Assembly: GCA_963842525.1 (NCBI GenBank)
Contig: CAWJGT010000003.1
Location: 1,056,001 to 1,120,000 of the forward strand
Source of the DNA: an uncultured Holophagales bacterium
GTDB lineage: Bacteria > Acidobacteriota > Thermoanaerobaculia > Multivoradales > UBA5704
Reading direction: 5' to 3'
DNA length: 64,000 nt
The position numbers and the translations under genes were made by a program. How positions within the stretch are numbered: the first letter of the stretch is position 1; every line of letters begins with the position of its first letter. Under the pieces are notes generated by a model. The model did no database searches. It saw only the letters and a program-made list of their open reading frames with translations, and was not told the origin of the DNA. This document shows positions 31,987-40,745 of the stretch, in pieces.

Positions 31987-33477
31987 ATGGGAGCCGTGCA
32001 CCGCGGCTCCCTCCTCCGCTGGCTCCCCTTCTGGGCCGCCTTCGCCGTGGCGCTGGCGGCCCGCTTGGCTCTCCTGGACGTCCGGCCGCTGCACCACGAC
32101 GAAGGGGTCAACGCCTCGTTCCTGATGGCGCTGATCCAGGGACGGCTGTACGAGTACAACCCGACGAGCTACCACGGCCCCTTCCTCTACTACGTCGGGT
32201 GGTGGCCCCTGCGGCTGCTCGGGACGAGCGAAGCCGCCCTGCGGCTCCCGGTCGCCGTCGTCTCCGCGCTGATGATCCCGCTGCTCCTGCCGCTGCGCCG
32301 GCGCCTGGGCGTGGCGGGAGTGACCGGGGCCGGCTGGCTGCTCGCGGTGTCGCCGTTCTTCGTCTACTACGGCCGGGACCTGATCCACGAGACCTGGCTG
32401 GCCTTCATGACCCTCGCCCTGGTGGTCGCCGCCGCGCGGTACCTGGAGTCGCGCCGGGAAGCGCACCTGCTCCTGGCCGCCGCCTGCCTGGGCCTCCTTT
32501 TCACCGTCAAGGAGACGGCCATGCTGACCTTGGCCGGGCTGCTGGCCGCGGTGGTGGCGGCCCGGGCGTGGACCTCCGGCCGCCCGCGGTGGGAGGAGGT
32601 CCGGGAGACTTTCGATCGCCGGCTCGTCGGCCTCGTGGTCCTCTGCGCCGCGATCCCCTACGTCCTCCTCTTCACCTCGTTCTTCACGCAACCGATGGGG
32701 TTGTTCGACTCCTTCTGGGCGCTCGCCCTCTGGACCGGCAAGGGGATCGAGGGGGCCGGCGGCCATGCCAAGCCGTGGTTCTACTTCCTGAAGTGGCTTG
32801 TGCGCCACGAGCCCGCGATGCTCGCCGGTGGACTGCTCGGGAGCGCGCTCGCCCTGCGCCGCCGTGACCCGTTCGGCGTCTTCTGTGCCTTCTGGTTCCT
32901 GGGCCAGCTCGTGCTCTACTCGGCCATCCCCTACAAGACCCCTTGGCTGGCGCTCAACATCCTTCTTCCCGCCGCGCTGACCGCGGGTTTCCTCGTCCGG
33001 GAGGTCTGGGCGCAGCCCTCACAGGCCGTCCGAGCCAGCTTCCTGGTCATCTTCCTCCTGGGACTGGGATGGAGCGGCTGGCGCGCGGCCGAGGTCACGT
33101 TCCGGCGCTACGACGATTCCCGTCTGGAGATCCCCTACGTCCAGACCCAACGGGGGGCGATGGGTATCGTGACCCTGGTGCAAGAGGTGGCGGGGCTCGC
33201 CCCGGCCGGCCGCGACCTCACCCTCCACGCCCTCCTCCCGTACCGCTGGCCCCTCCCCTGGTATCTCCGCGACCTCACGAAGGCCCGGTACTGGAGGAAC
33301 TTCCAGGACATCCCCCGCGACCTCGATTTCGACGCCGACATCCTTCTCGTCGATCCCAAGCAGGAAGCACGCCTGCGTCCCCGCCTGAGCGACACCTACC
33401 GCCGCCATGCCTTCCCCTTCCTCCCGGCCCAGCGGGTGGTGGTGTATGTGAACGAGCGGGTGGGGAAGGCTCGCTAG
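31987..33477 (+). CDS. GT-C/PMT-like membrane glycosyltransferase (TIGR03663/Agl23-like)
   Basis: RPLHHDEGVNA, YHGPFLYY, KE, YKTPW and WPLPWYLR; multiple TM helices. Confidence 0.8.
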   Translation: MGAVHRGSLLRWLPFWAAFAVALAARLALLDVRPLHHDEGVNASFLMALIQGRLYEYNPTSYHGPFLYYVGWWPLRLLGTSEAALRLPVAVVSALMIPLLLPLRRRLGVAGVTGAGWLLAVSPFFVYYGRDLIHETWLAFMTLALVVAAARYLESRREAHLLLAAACLGLLFTVKETAMLTLAGLLAAVVAARAWTSGRPRWEEVRETFDRRLVGLVVLCAAIPYVLLFTSFFTQPMGLFDSFWALALWTGKGIEGAGGHAKPWFYFLKWLVRHEPAMLAGGLLGSALALRRRDPFGVFCAFWFLGQLVLYSAIPYKTPWLALNILLPAALTAGFLVREVWAQPSQAVRASFLVIFLLGLGWSGWRAAEVTFRRYDDSRLEIPYVQTQRGAMGIVTLVQEVAGLAPAGRDLTLHALLPYRWPLPWYLRDLTKARYWRNFQDIPRDLDFDADILLVDPKQEARLRPRLSDTYRRHAFPFLPAQRVVVYVNERVGKAR

Positions 33478-33610
33478 GCGCCCTCCGGCTTGGGCAGCGT
33501 GTAGCGCGCCTCCTGGTGGGACCTACGCGATCTGCAACGAGTGCGGGCGGCGGTGGCTTCTGCGCACGATCGGGGGCTACCCGCAGGACGAGGAGACCAT
33601 CCGCGAGGAT

Positions 33611-34690
33611 GTGACCGGCAACGCGGAGGCCGACGAGCTCTTCGTCATGGACCCCACGACCGAGCTCTCTCTGGCCGCCCAACGCGAAGACCGCGAGGCG
33701 GTGCGCGCGATCCTCGACGCCGGTGCTCCGATCGAGCAGCGCTCCCACATCTGGGAGCTGCCCTCCACCCCGTCCCGCCTCCGTCCCCTCGTGGCCGAGG
33801 GAACCGCGCTGATGGCCGCCGTGTACTTCGCCCGGGAGGAATGCATTCAGCTCCTTCTCGATCGCGGCGCCGACCCCAATGCGAGGTCGCGCGACGGTTA
33901 CTGCCAGACGCCGCTCAACATCGCCGTTCGGCTCGGCTCCACCGGGGGCTACACGAGCTGGGCTCCCACCCTGGCCATCGATCTGCCGCCCCAGTTGGCG
34001 GTGAAGCCGCCGGAAGGCGCCGGTCTGCGCATCGTCGAGATGCTCCTCGGCAAAGGCGCCGACCCCCATGCCGACAATGCCCGGGCGCTCTACATCGCAA
34101 CGGGACGGAAGCACACCGGCCTCATCCGCCTCCTGCAGCGTGCGGCCCCTGCTCCCGCTGCCGGGCTCGCCGACGCCCTCCGGCAGGCCCTCAGCCACGG
34201 GGACCGGGAAACTGCGCGCGAGCTGTTGGCCCAGGGCGCCGACGTCAACTCCCCTGACGTTGTGGGACGGACGGCGCTCTTCGCGGCGGTGAACGACGTC
34301 TACGTCTTAGGCGACAAGGGGACGCCGTTCCGAGAACACACCGACCACCGAAAGGAGCTGGCGGAGCTCGTGCTGGCCCATGGTGCGGACGTCAACGCGA
34401 GCACCCGCGAGGGCCTGACGCCGCTCTTGCAGGCCGCCTGGGGAAAGGACGCGGCCGCCGTGCTCGAGCTGTTGATCGCCCACGGAGCCGACGTGAACGC
34501 CGTCAACAAGCACGGCGAGACCGCGCTCATCAAGGCGGCCTGGAGCGGATGCGTCGAGAACCTCGAGGTGCTGCTCGAGAACGGCGCGGACCCGGAGGTC
34601 CGAGACACCTGGGGACAGACGGCGCTCGACGTCGCGGAACGCTTCCCGCGCCGCGCGGCCGCCGCCTTCTTGCGCTCGCGAAAGACCTGA
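33611..34690 (+). CDS. Ankyrin-repeat protein
   Basis: Repeated GADVN...G.TAL/TPL motifs. Confidence 0.9.
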   Translation: MTGNAEADELFVMDPTTELSLAAQREDREAVRAILDAGAPIEQRSHIWELPSTPSRLRPLVAEGTALMAAVYFAREECIQLLLDRGADPNARSRDGYCQTPLNIAVRLGSTGGYTSWAPTLAIDLPPQLAVKPPEGAGLRIVEMLLGKGADPHADNARALYIATGRKHTGLIRLLQRAAPAPAAGLADALRQALSHGDRETARELLAQGADVNSPDVVGRTALFAAVNDVYVLGDKGTPFREHTDHRKELAELVLAHGADVNASTREGLTPLLQAAWGKDAAAVLELLIAHGADVNAVNKHGETALIKAAWSGCVENLEVLLENGADPEVRDTWGQTALDVAERFPRRAAAAFLRSRKT

Positions 34691-34807
34691 CACCTATTCC
34701 CGGCGGCGGGTGGGGGCTTCACCATCGGAGAAAGAGGGTTGCACCTATCCCGGGGCGGTTTCCTGAGGCGGGGATCGATGACAAAGGCCGCGGTCTTTAC
34801 AACTTGT

Positions 34808-35044
34808 CTACAACTTGTCGTACTCCTCGGGCTCGACGTCGGGTAGACTTGTGAGGGCGGCCTCGAACTTCTCGCGGCTGCCGCGCTTCGCGCGCTTCTC
34901 CAGATAATCAACGGTCATCAGGGCTGCGAGCTTCTCGGCCGCTGCGGTACTGATAAACTGATTGATCGAGATGCCTTCCTCGCTTGCCAATCTCCGGATC
35001 TGCTTGTGGAGAGAATCCGGTAGCCTGAGGCTAATGGTGCTCAT
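34808..35044 (-). CDS. Ribbon-helix-helix (HicB-like) antitoxin
   Basis: MSTISLRLPDSLH...EGISINQFI...AEKL. Confidence 0.85.
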   Translation of the reverse strand: MSTISLRLPDSLHKQIRRLASEEGISINQFISTAAAEKLAALMTVDYLEKRAKRGSREKFEAALTSLPDVEPEEYDKL

Positions 35045-35148
35045 GGTAACTCTCCTAAGACTTCAAGGAATTCCTTGGGTGTGCTGATTGTCAGATTGAA
35101 ACCCTCTACCCCTGCAAAGTCTCTCTTGTTGTACGAAATGATCGCGAT
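35041..35148 (-). pseudogene. 3' remnant of PIN-domain toxin
   Basis: IISYNKRDFAGVEGFNLTISTPKEFLEVLGELP*; stop overlaps the antitoxin ATG; 5' part missing. Confidence 0.75.
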
Positions 35149-35267
35149 TGAGTCTCAAGCAACCAGACATATTTTGCAAAGCTCATGAACCGCCACACCT
35201 TCGCATGTTGATCCTCTGGAGGCTTGAAGTCTTTCAAGATGCTTCCGTATATGGGTGGGTGTCTCAC
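35146..35267 (-). pseudogene. 5' remnant of a DUF2971-like gene joined to the PIN remnant
   Basis: FKPPEDQHAKVWRFMSFAKYVWLLETQS then breaks off. Confidence 0.5.
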
Positions 35268-35516
35268 AATTTGACTCCAAGAAGACTGCTGGCAGAGAGG
35301 CCTGCCCGTAACCGAATCTGCCCGTTGCACCCCTACTCGAGACTCACCTGGTCGGTGCACTACCTCATTGATGCGGGATTACTCTACGCCAGCATCGTAC
35401 CCGCGGCAACATACGGAAGAGCTGCGGTAGGTACTCCCGAGGAGAGCGCCGATCGTTTCGAGGGGCCGAGGGGCTTCTCCGCGACCGCAGCGGCTACGTG
35501 GGGAGTATGCGGGACT

Positions 35517-35857
35517 TTATCTGACGGCTTCAACCTTGGCTCGTAGGCGCCGGGTGAGGTCTTCGTTGAGGCGGGTCAGGGCTTCGAGCTTGGCCTGCAT
35601 TTGGGCTTCCAGGGCGGCTAGCTCGGCTTTGTGGCGGCGCTCTCGCTTCTCGGCGAGGGCCTGGAGGGCTTCTCTTTCGCGCTGGTAGGCCTCTTGGCGG
35701 AGGCGTGGCCCTCCTCCAGGATCCGCACGTCGAGCTGGAGCTGTTCCTGGCGCTTGTCCTGGCGGCGCTGGAGCCAGCGGCGGAGGACCTCCAGGAAGGC
35801 GGCGCTGCCGCCGAGGGCGGCCAGGCCGGTGATGACTCGGTCGACGAGCTCGCTCAT
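35517..35857 (-). CDS. Single-TM coiled-coil protein, phage lysis-cassette-like (frameshift near 35703)
   Basis: MSELVDRVITGLAALGGSAAFLEVLRRWL, then after the frameshift LRQEAYQRE...LEAQMQAKLEALTRLNEDL*. Confidence 0.5.
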
Positions 35858-36137
35858 GCGCGAGATGCGGGCAATCTTCAGACGATAGCCAGGGGTGAGG
35901 GAGAGATGGAGTTGCATCAGGGCTTCCTGCAGAGGAGATAGGCGTCCGCCTGGGAGGGGGCCTCGGAGGTGGAGGACGACGGTGTCGGATGCGCAGGTGC
36001 GGCGGTCCTGGAGGTCGATCACCGTGTCGGCGTCGGTGGTAGTGATCCAGAGGGGACCGAGGGCGGTGGTCTTGGGGGCGGGGCGGTGGGGGCGGCGAGC
36101 TCCCAGGCGGCGAGGAAGAGGCACCTATTCCCGCAGG

Positions 36138-37145
36138 TTACTCTTCAACCAGCATGTCGAGTTTCTGCAGCACCTCTCGTAGCGGTTCAGAGGTTCCACT
36201 CAATTTTGGAAATAGTACTCCAAGTGCGAGGGAAAAGCTGTCGATGGACCATTCCCCAAGGATCTCCTCAAACTGAGGCTGAAGCATGGGGTCTGGAATA
36301 TAGAGCATACCTTGCGGCCGATAACTTGGAAGCTCAATGCCAAACTCTCGAAGATTTACTCTGACTCTTTCCCATCGCTTCTCATACGAGTCGTCGCCGG
36401 TAGTTATCTCGCCCTTTGGATGGTGCAGAGGCGGCATGAGAATGAGCGTCTTGGACCAATATGCTTTCGCTATGGCCAGCAACTCTGCGGCGACTCCTTC
36501 GGTTTCCTCGGGGATGACCACGAGAGCGCTCGCTGCATACGCCACCTTCTCGAATACACCTCGCCAATTGTGATCTCCGCAGGGCAAGGGAAGCAAGTTT
36601 AGATCACAGATTTGATCGTCCGAAAAGGGTCTATCGCCGAGAAGCACTGGCATGCCATAAAGCCCCAGAGGCTCTATAATCTGTGCAAGCATCAGCTCGC
36701 CGCCAGCTGAGACCTGAAGCCCAGAAAGGCCTTCTTGTATATAAGTACTGCCTCGCGGCGAAAGAAGAAGATCTGTCTTCGAGAACGAACGTAACAACAG
36801 AATCGGTGGTCTTTTGTCAGTGCGAGCCATGAGCAAGATCAGGCGATCGTGTTTTTGCCTCAGGTGAGGCTCAATTGGTTCGCGGAGAAACTCTTGGGCT
36901 ACCTGGAAGATCCATAACGCGCTCAACCCTCCTTGAAATAGCAGGAAGGCTCGAAGGAACCAAGGCATCTCCCAGAAACAATTTGGATTCATGACGAAGA
37001 TGGAACCCATCGCTAGGGTAGCAATTAACGCGAAACAACCATAGTTTAAGGCGTTATGTCTTTCGTCACGCTCTTTACGTAAGTCGGCGCACTCCTTCTG
37101 TAACTGTCTTATCTCCTCTTCAATATTGGATATCTGTTGAGTCAT
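36138..37145 (-). CDS. Low-GC two-TM protein with cytoplasmic alpha/beta domain (PPILLLRSF family)
   Basis: 335 aa ORF with coiled coil, two TM helices, RPPILLLRSF and TEGVAAEL. Confidence 0.7.
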   Translation of the reverse strand: MTQQISNIEEEIRQLQKECADLRKERDERHNALNYGCFALIATLAMGSIFVMNPNCFWEMPWFLRAFLLFQGGLSALWIFQVAQEFLREPIEPHLRQKHDRLILLMARTDKRPPILLLRSFSKTDLLLSPRGSTYIQEGLSGLQVSAGGELMLAQIIEPLGLYGMPVLLGDRPFSDDQICDLNLLPLPCGDHNWRGVFEKVAYAASALVVIPEETEGVAAELLAIAKAYWSKTLILMPPLHHPKGEITTGDDSYEKRWERVRVNLREFGIELPSYRPQGMLYIPDPMLQPQFEEILGEWSIDSFSLALGVLFPKLSGTSEPLREVLQKLDMLVEE

Positions 37146-37340
37146 CGCTCCGCTCGTCTAAGAAGATATGGTGCAGACACTCCAATCTGCACTGCTGCCC
37201 TACCCCGCCGGGAGAGGGGGAACGCCCTCTCAGGTGAGGAGGGTGGCACCTTGTCCGGAGGAGTGGCCGAGGGGGCGAAGAGCCCACTGGCGGGTGGGGG
37301 GCTCCACCGTCGGTCTTCCCCTACGGCATGTACGTTTATT

Positions 37341-37529
37341 CTAGCTGGTGCGGTAGTTCACGGGAACTGCTCTTCTTATCGTCTTCTTATCGCGTACTTC
37401 CAGGAAGAATGAACTCGGCCCGACTTTGGCGCCGGCTTTCAGATCACCCTTTAGATGAAGAGCAATACGAATCAGACGATAGATGAGTGCGATCGCAACT
37501 ACACACACTAATGCTGTCAGGGCATCCAT
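37341..37529 (-). CDS. Small membrane protein
   Basis: RBS GAGGT; one hydrophobic helix; directly follows the 37541 gene. Confidence 0.5.
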   Translation of the reverse strand: MDALTALVCVVAIALIYRLIRIALHLKGDLKAGAKVGPSSFFLEVRDKKTIRRAVPVNYRTS

Positions 37530-37540
37530 ACAGGTTACCT

Positions 37541-37987
37541 CTAACCTTCTGTAGTTGCAGCTAACGCAGAAATAGTTTCGGCGAGTTTACGCGCAGTTTC
37601 AGTCTTCCTTTGGAGGTCCTCTGCGACGTTGTTTGCCTCCTTCACGAGGTGTTCGAGCAGATCCGGAATGTGGTCCAGCGCTTCGAGTCGCATCGAGCGC
37701 GGCGCGTCGTTGAAGAGCCACTCCTCGTAATTATCTACGTCGGCAAAGTCGTATCCTGAGCCTGTGGAAAGTGCCAAACCCCATTTGCCACCCATCTTGG
37801 CGTAACCGATACGGCGGTACGAGTAGTAGCCGTCCGAATCGGATTTCTCGGAACCGACATATGTGTACCACGCAACGACGCCGAGATTCAGCTTTTTAAG
37901 CGCGACATCAATGGGGCGGATTGTCTTGCCAAGTTCGTCGGAACACGAGTTGAGGCGTGCCGCAGAGTCGGCGAGGTCTTTGAACAA
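37541..37987 (-). CDS. Hypothetical protein (mobile-element-like); 5' end uncertain
   Basis: 148 aa ORF with IGYAKMGGKWGLAL and APRSMRLEA. Confidence 0.65.
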   Translation of the reverse strand: MFKDLADSAARLNSCSDELGKTIRPIDVALKKLNLGVVAWYTYVGSEKSDSDGYYSYRRIGYAKMGGKWGLALSTGSGYDFADVDNYEEWLFNDAPRSMRLEALDHIPDLLEHLVKEANNVAEDLQRKTETARKLAETISALAATTEG

Positions 37988-38327
37988 CGAAGGTGATAAT
38001 CCGCGTCACGCGGTGCCGACATTCCCAGGTTTCCACCAGGTGCTGGCCTATTACCAGCAGTCAGCTTGGTGACAATCGTACAGCAGTTAGGCGTGGATGT
38101 CAAGTGGATCGCCAAGCCTCTTCTGCACTCTTCGACTCCGACCGAGGCGTGACGAAAGGCCCCGCTGCTGGCGGCGCTTGCCACCCTGAGCCAGGCTCTG
38201 CCGGACTACGAAGATCGGCGCGACGTGCTCCGCAAGCTCGGAGCGCGGCTGGTGTGGTGATCCGGTCTACGAGACGAGACGTCGACGCTTCCAGTCGGAG
38301 GATTGAGCCCGGCGCGCCCGGAGGTCG

Positions 38328-38669
38328 TCAGGCCGCCTTCAGCATGAAGTTAACGTGCACGGCGTCATACGGGAAGACGATTCGACCGTCCTCGGTCTTT
38401 TGAAGGATTCCCGCGTTGAGCAGGGTATGGGCATCGCCGTGCACTGCCTTGACGTCCCGTCCTACCCGCCGGGCCGCTTCACGGAGCGTCACCGGCCCGG
38501 CGCCGGTCAGCACCGACAGCAGCTCCAACCGCTTTTGAGTCAGCACCTTGAATAAAAGTGCCGGCGTCTCGAAACTGAAGAATTCTCCCTGCGGCTGGCC
38601 CTCGAAGGCGCGGAGCAGGCGGCGGTTGGTCTCTTTCCGGGATGAGACCTCCAAAGTGACGATGCGCAT
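38328..38669 (-). CDS. HVO_A0114-like wHTH antitoxin/regulator (orphan)
   Basis: SFETPALLFKVLTQKRLELL...VGRDVKAVHGD...FPYDAVHV. Confidence 0.8.
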   Translation of the reverse strand: MRIVTLEVSSRKETNRRLLRAFEGQPQGEFFSFETPALLFKVLTQKRLELLSVLTGAGPVTLREAARRVGRDVKAVHGDAHTLLNAGILQKTEDGRIVFPYDAVHVNFMLKAA

Positions 38670-38797
38670 TTCAGGGTCTCCAGAAGAAAAAAGCGTGGGA
38701 GTCGATGCACCCCTTGCCGCCTGGTCGGAGACCATGGTAACTTATCTTGCATTGTCGGAACGACCGGCAGCCGGGATGAGGAGATCCTGTTCCTCTT

Positions 38798-39115
38798 GTG
38801 AAGATAGAGAACATCTTCGAAGCGATTCGCGCCGACCGGGTGCGGATCTCGGATCATGCGGACGAGGAAGCTCGGCAAGACCGGCTCTCGGTCGATGAGA
38901 TCCTCTTCAGTGTCGGGAAGGGCGAGATCATCGAAGAATATGATGATGACAAGCCGTATCCCAGTTGCCTTCTCTATGGAACGACGCCGGCGGGCGATCC
39001 TGTGCATACCTTCTGGGCGTACAATCAGGACAACGGATGGGTGGTGCTCGTGACGGTCTACCGGCCCGACCCCACCCGGTGGATCCAGTGGCGTACCAGA
39101 AGGCCCAAGACATGA
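38798..39115 (+). CDS. DUF4258 (RelE-like) toxin
   Basis: ISDHADEE, GEIIEEY..DKPYPSCL and VTVYRPDP..W. Confidence 0.85.
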   Translation: MKIENIFEAIRADRVRISDHADEEARQDRLSVDEILFSVGKGEIIEEYDDDKPYPSCLLYGTTPAGDPVHTFWAYNQDNGWVVLVTVYRPDPTRWIQWRTRRPKT

Positions 39116-39354
39116 TTCCTTTCAGCAACTGCCCGATCTGCGGCGGCGAAATGGTCGAGAAGACTGTCGAGAAGCTCCTCCGCGGAGGAGCCCACACCGC
39201 CATCCTCAACGTCCACGCCGAAGTCTGCCTTCGCTGTGGCGAGCATCTCTACTCCCGGGAGACGGTGAAGCGCTTCGAGGAGATCCGCTCGAAGCTGGAG
39301 CGTCAGGAAGTGGGGGAGTTCGAGCCTTTGGGACGATCTTTCAAGGTCGCCTGA
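39112..39354 (+). CDS. YgiT/MqsA-type zinc-finger antitoxin
   Basis: CPICGG...CLRCGE; ATGA overlap with the toxin. Confidence 0.85.
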   Translation: MIPFSNCPICGGEMVEKTVEKLLRGGAHTAILNVHAEVCLRCGEHLYSRETVKRFEEIRSKLERQEVGEFEPLGRSFKVA

Positions 39355-39548
39355 GGTCCAGGGGACTCATCTCCGTCCGCGAAGATCCCGGCGGATCGGC
39401 TGGCACCTCTCTAGCGTCCGGCAAGCCCCCTCTCCAGCCACCGAAGCCCGCCGAAACGTGACCCGGGCAAGAGGGAAAGCTCACGTCCTGCCCCCATCGT
39501 GGCATAATCTGCCTCGTATTGGTCCTTGAAGATTTTTTGAAGTAGTTT

Positions 39549-39605
39549 CCGACGGCTCACCTGGTATCCAGCGCTAGGTGGCCCGAGGACTGATGCCGGC
39601 GAGGA
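39549..39605 (+). ncRNA. Candidate structured RNA motif, copy 1
   Basis: CCGACGGCTCAC...GTGGCCCGAGGACTGATGCC recurs at 40381 with a compensatory stem change. Confidence 0.35.
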
Positions 39606-39851
39606 AGAGGCTGGCAGCTATCTCGGGGCGTGGCGGTAAAGCCTCAACTGCCCGCCTGGATGCGGGGGAGTGGCCCCCGACCGCGTGCGCCGTAGAGACG
39701 AAGGAGAGGATGTCTCCTGGGAGGATGCGCGCATGAGCCCAGACTAGATCTCTGGTATGATTGCGGCCATGGACGAAAAACGCGCGGTTTTCAGCGTCAA
39801 GGCTCCCGGTTCTCCGCGCTCCGTCGTGGCTCTTTGTTCGCCGGGGCCTTG

Positions 39852-39976
39852 ATGTTCAATTGGGACCCACGAAAGGCAGTTGCCAATGTCGCCAAACACG
39901 GAGTGTCTTTTGAGGAGGCCGCGCGCGGGAAGCAACACGGCAGGAGCGCAGAGACTATGAAGAAGGACGGTTTTGA
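39852..39976 (+). pseudogene. BrnT toxin with internal deletion
   Basis: FNWDPRKAVANVAKHGVSFEEAA joined out of frame to AREATRQERRDYEE*. Confidence 0.8.
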
Positions 39977-40181
39977 AAACCAGGTTGATGACGATGAGAT
40001 CCTACCGGAGTACGATTTTAGTCATGCTCGACCGAACAAGTATGCGAGCCGCTACCTTGCGGGCAGCAACGTCGTGGTTCTCGATCCGGACGTAGCTGCA
40101 GTGTTCCCGAGCGCAGGGGAGGTGAACGAGGCGCTACGCGCTCTTGCGGGCATCATCCGAAAGCACGGGCAACACCCGTGA
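39957..40181 (+). CDS. BrnA-like antitoxin
   Basis: ILPEYDFS...NKYA...LDPDVAAVF...VNEALR. Confidence 0.8.
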   Translation: MKKDGFENQVDDDEILPEYDFSHARPNKYASRYLAGSNVVVLDPDVAAVFPSAGEVNEALRALAGIIRKHGQHP

Positions 40182-40380
40182 GCGCGCGCTCATCGTGCAG
40201 GTGAAGCCGTAGGAGGCAATTGAAAGTGGGGGAGCTTGAGCCTTTGGGACGATCGAGATGCTCACTGACGCCCCTACCCTGCTAGAATCGATGGCCGGCG
40301 TGCGCAGGATTGATCTGGCGGGGCTAGAGGAGTCAGCCGATCCCTGCGCTCAGTCATTTGTTTTTTTCCTGAAGGATATG

Positions 40381-40437
40381 CCGACGGCTCACTGGCATCC
40401 GCCAAGTGGCCCGAGGACTGATGCCACCTGGCGAGGC
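40381..40437 (+). ncRNA. Candidate structured RNA motif, copy 2 (leader of the 60-aa ORF)
   Basis: Same motif as copy 1; ends at the RBS of ORF 40443. Confidence 0.35.
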
Positions 40438-40442
40438 GAATC

Positions 40443-40625
40443 ATGAAGAAAAAGATGCGTACGTTTGCAGCAGAGGTGAGCTACAAAGACTCCATCGGTA
40501 CGAGCTGCGAAGAGACGTTTCCTGTGACCGTGGACGACTACGATACGGCGAAAGATCTTGCCGTTCGCTATGCCGTCGAGGTGCTCAAGCTCCAGGACTT
40601 TGAGCTGCGGATCGTAGGCGCTTAA
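40443..40625 (+). CDS. Small hypothetical protein
   Basis: 60 aa, RBS GAGG, globular-looking sequence. Confidence 0.65.
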   Translation: MKKKMRTFAAEVSYKDSIGTSCEETFPVTVDDYDTAKDLAVRYAVEVLKLQDFELRIVGA

Positions 40626-40653
40626 TTCAGGCCGCGCTACGAAGGGGGCTCCG

Positions 40654-40687
40654 CTGGGAGCGCCGGCATCCTTGCCGGCCTCCTGGC
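40654..40687. repeat. REP-like GGGAGCGCCGGCATCCTTGCCGGC palindrome
   Basis: GCCGGCA-TCCT-TGCCGGC stem in an intergenic region. Confidence 0.5.
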
Positions 40688-40745
40688 TTTGCCATGGTTG
40701 GCCTGCCATAATCTCCGCAGCGCATCGTTGAATAGGAGAGGGTCT

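Noticed and set aside
34798-34819. 11-bp tandem duplication TACAACTTGTC as an attachment site
   Set aside because: The copies are adjacent and I found no partner at the other end of the low-GC patch.
39625-39692. tRNA or tmRNA fragment (GGGGCGTGGCGG...)
   Set aside because: No TTCRA T-loop, no cloverleaf and no CCA end; only a local hairpin.
40381-40442. Hammerhead/HDV ribozyme or guanidine-III riboswitch
   Set aside because: CTGATG lacks the following A and the GAAA core; the HDV and guanidine-III conserved elements could not be placed.
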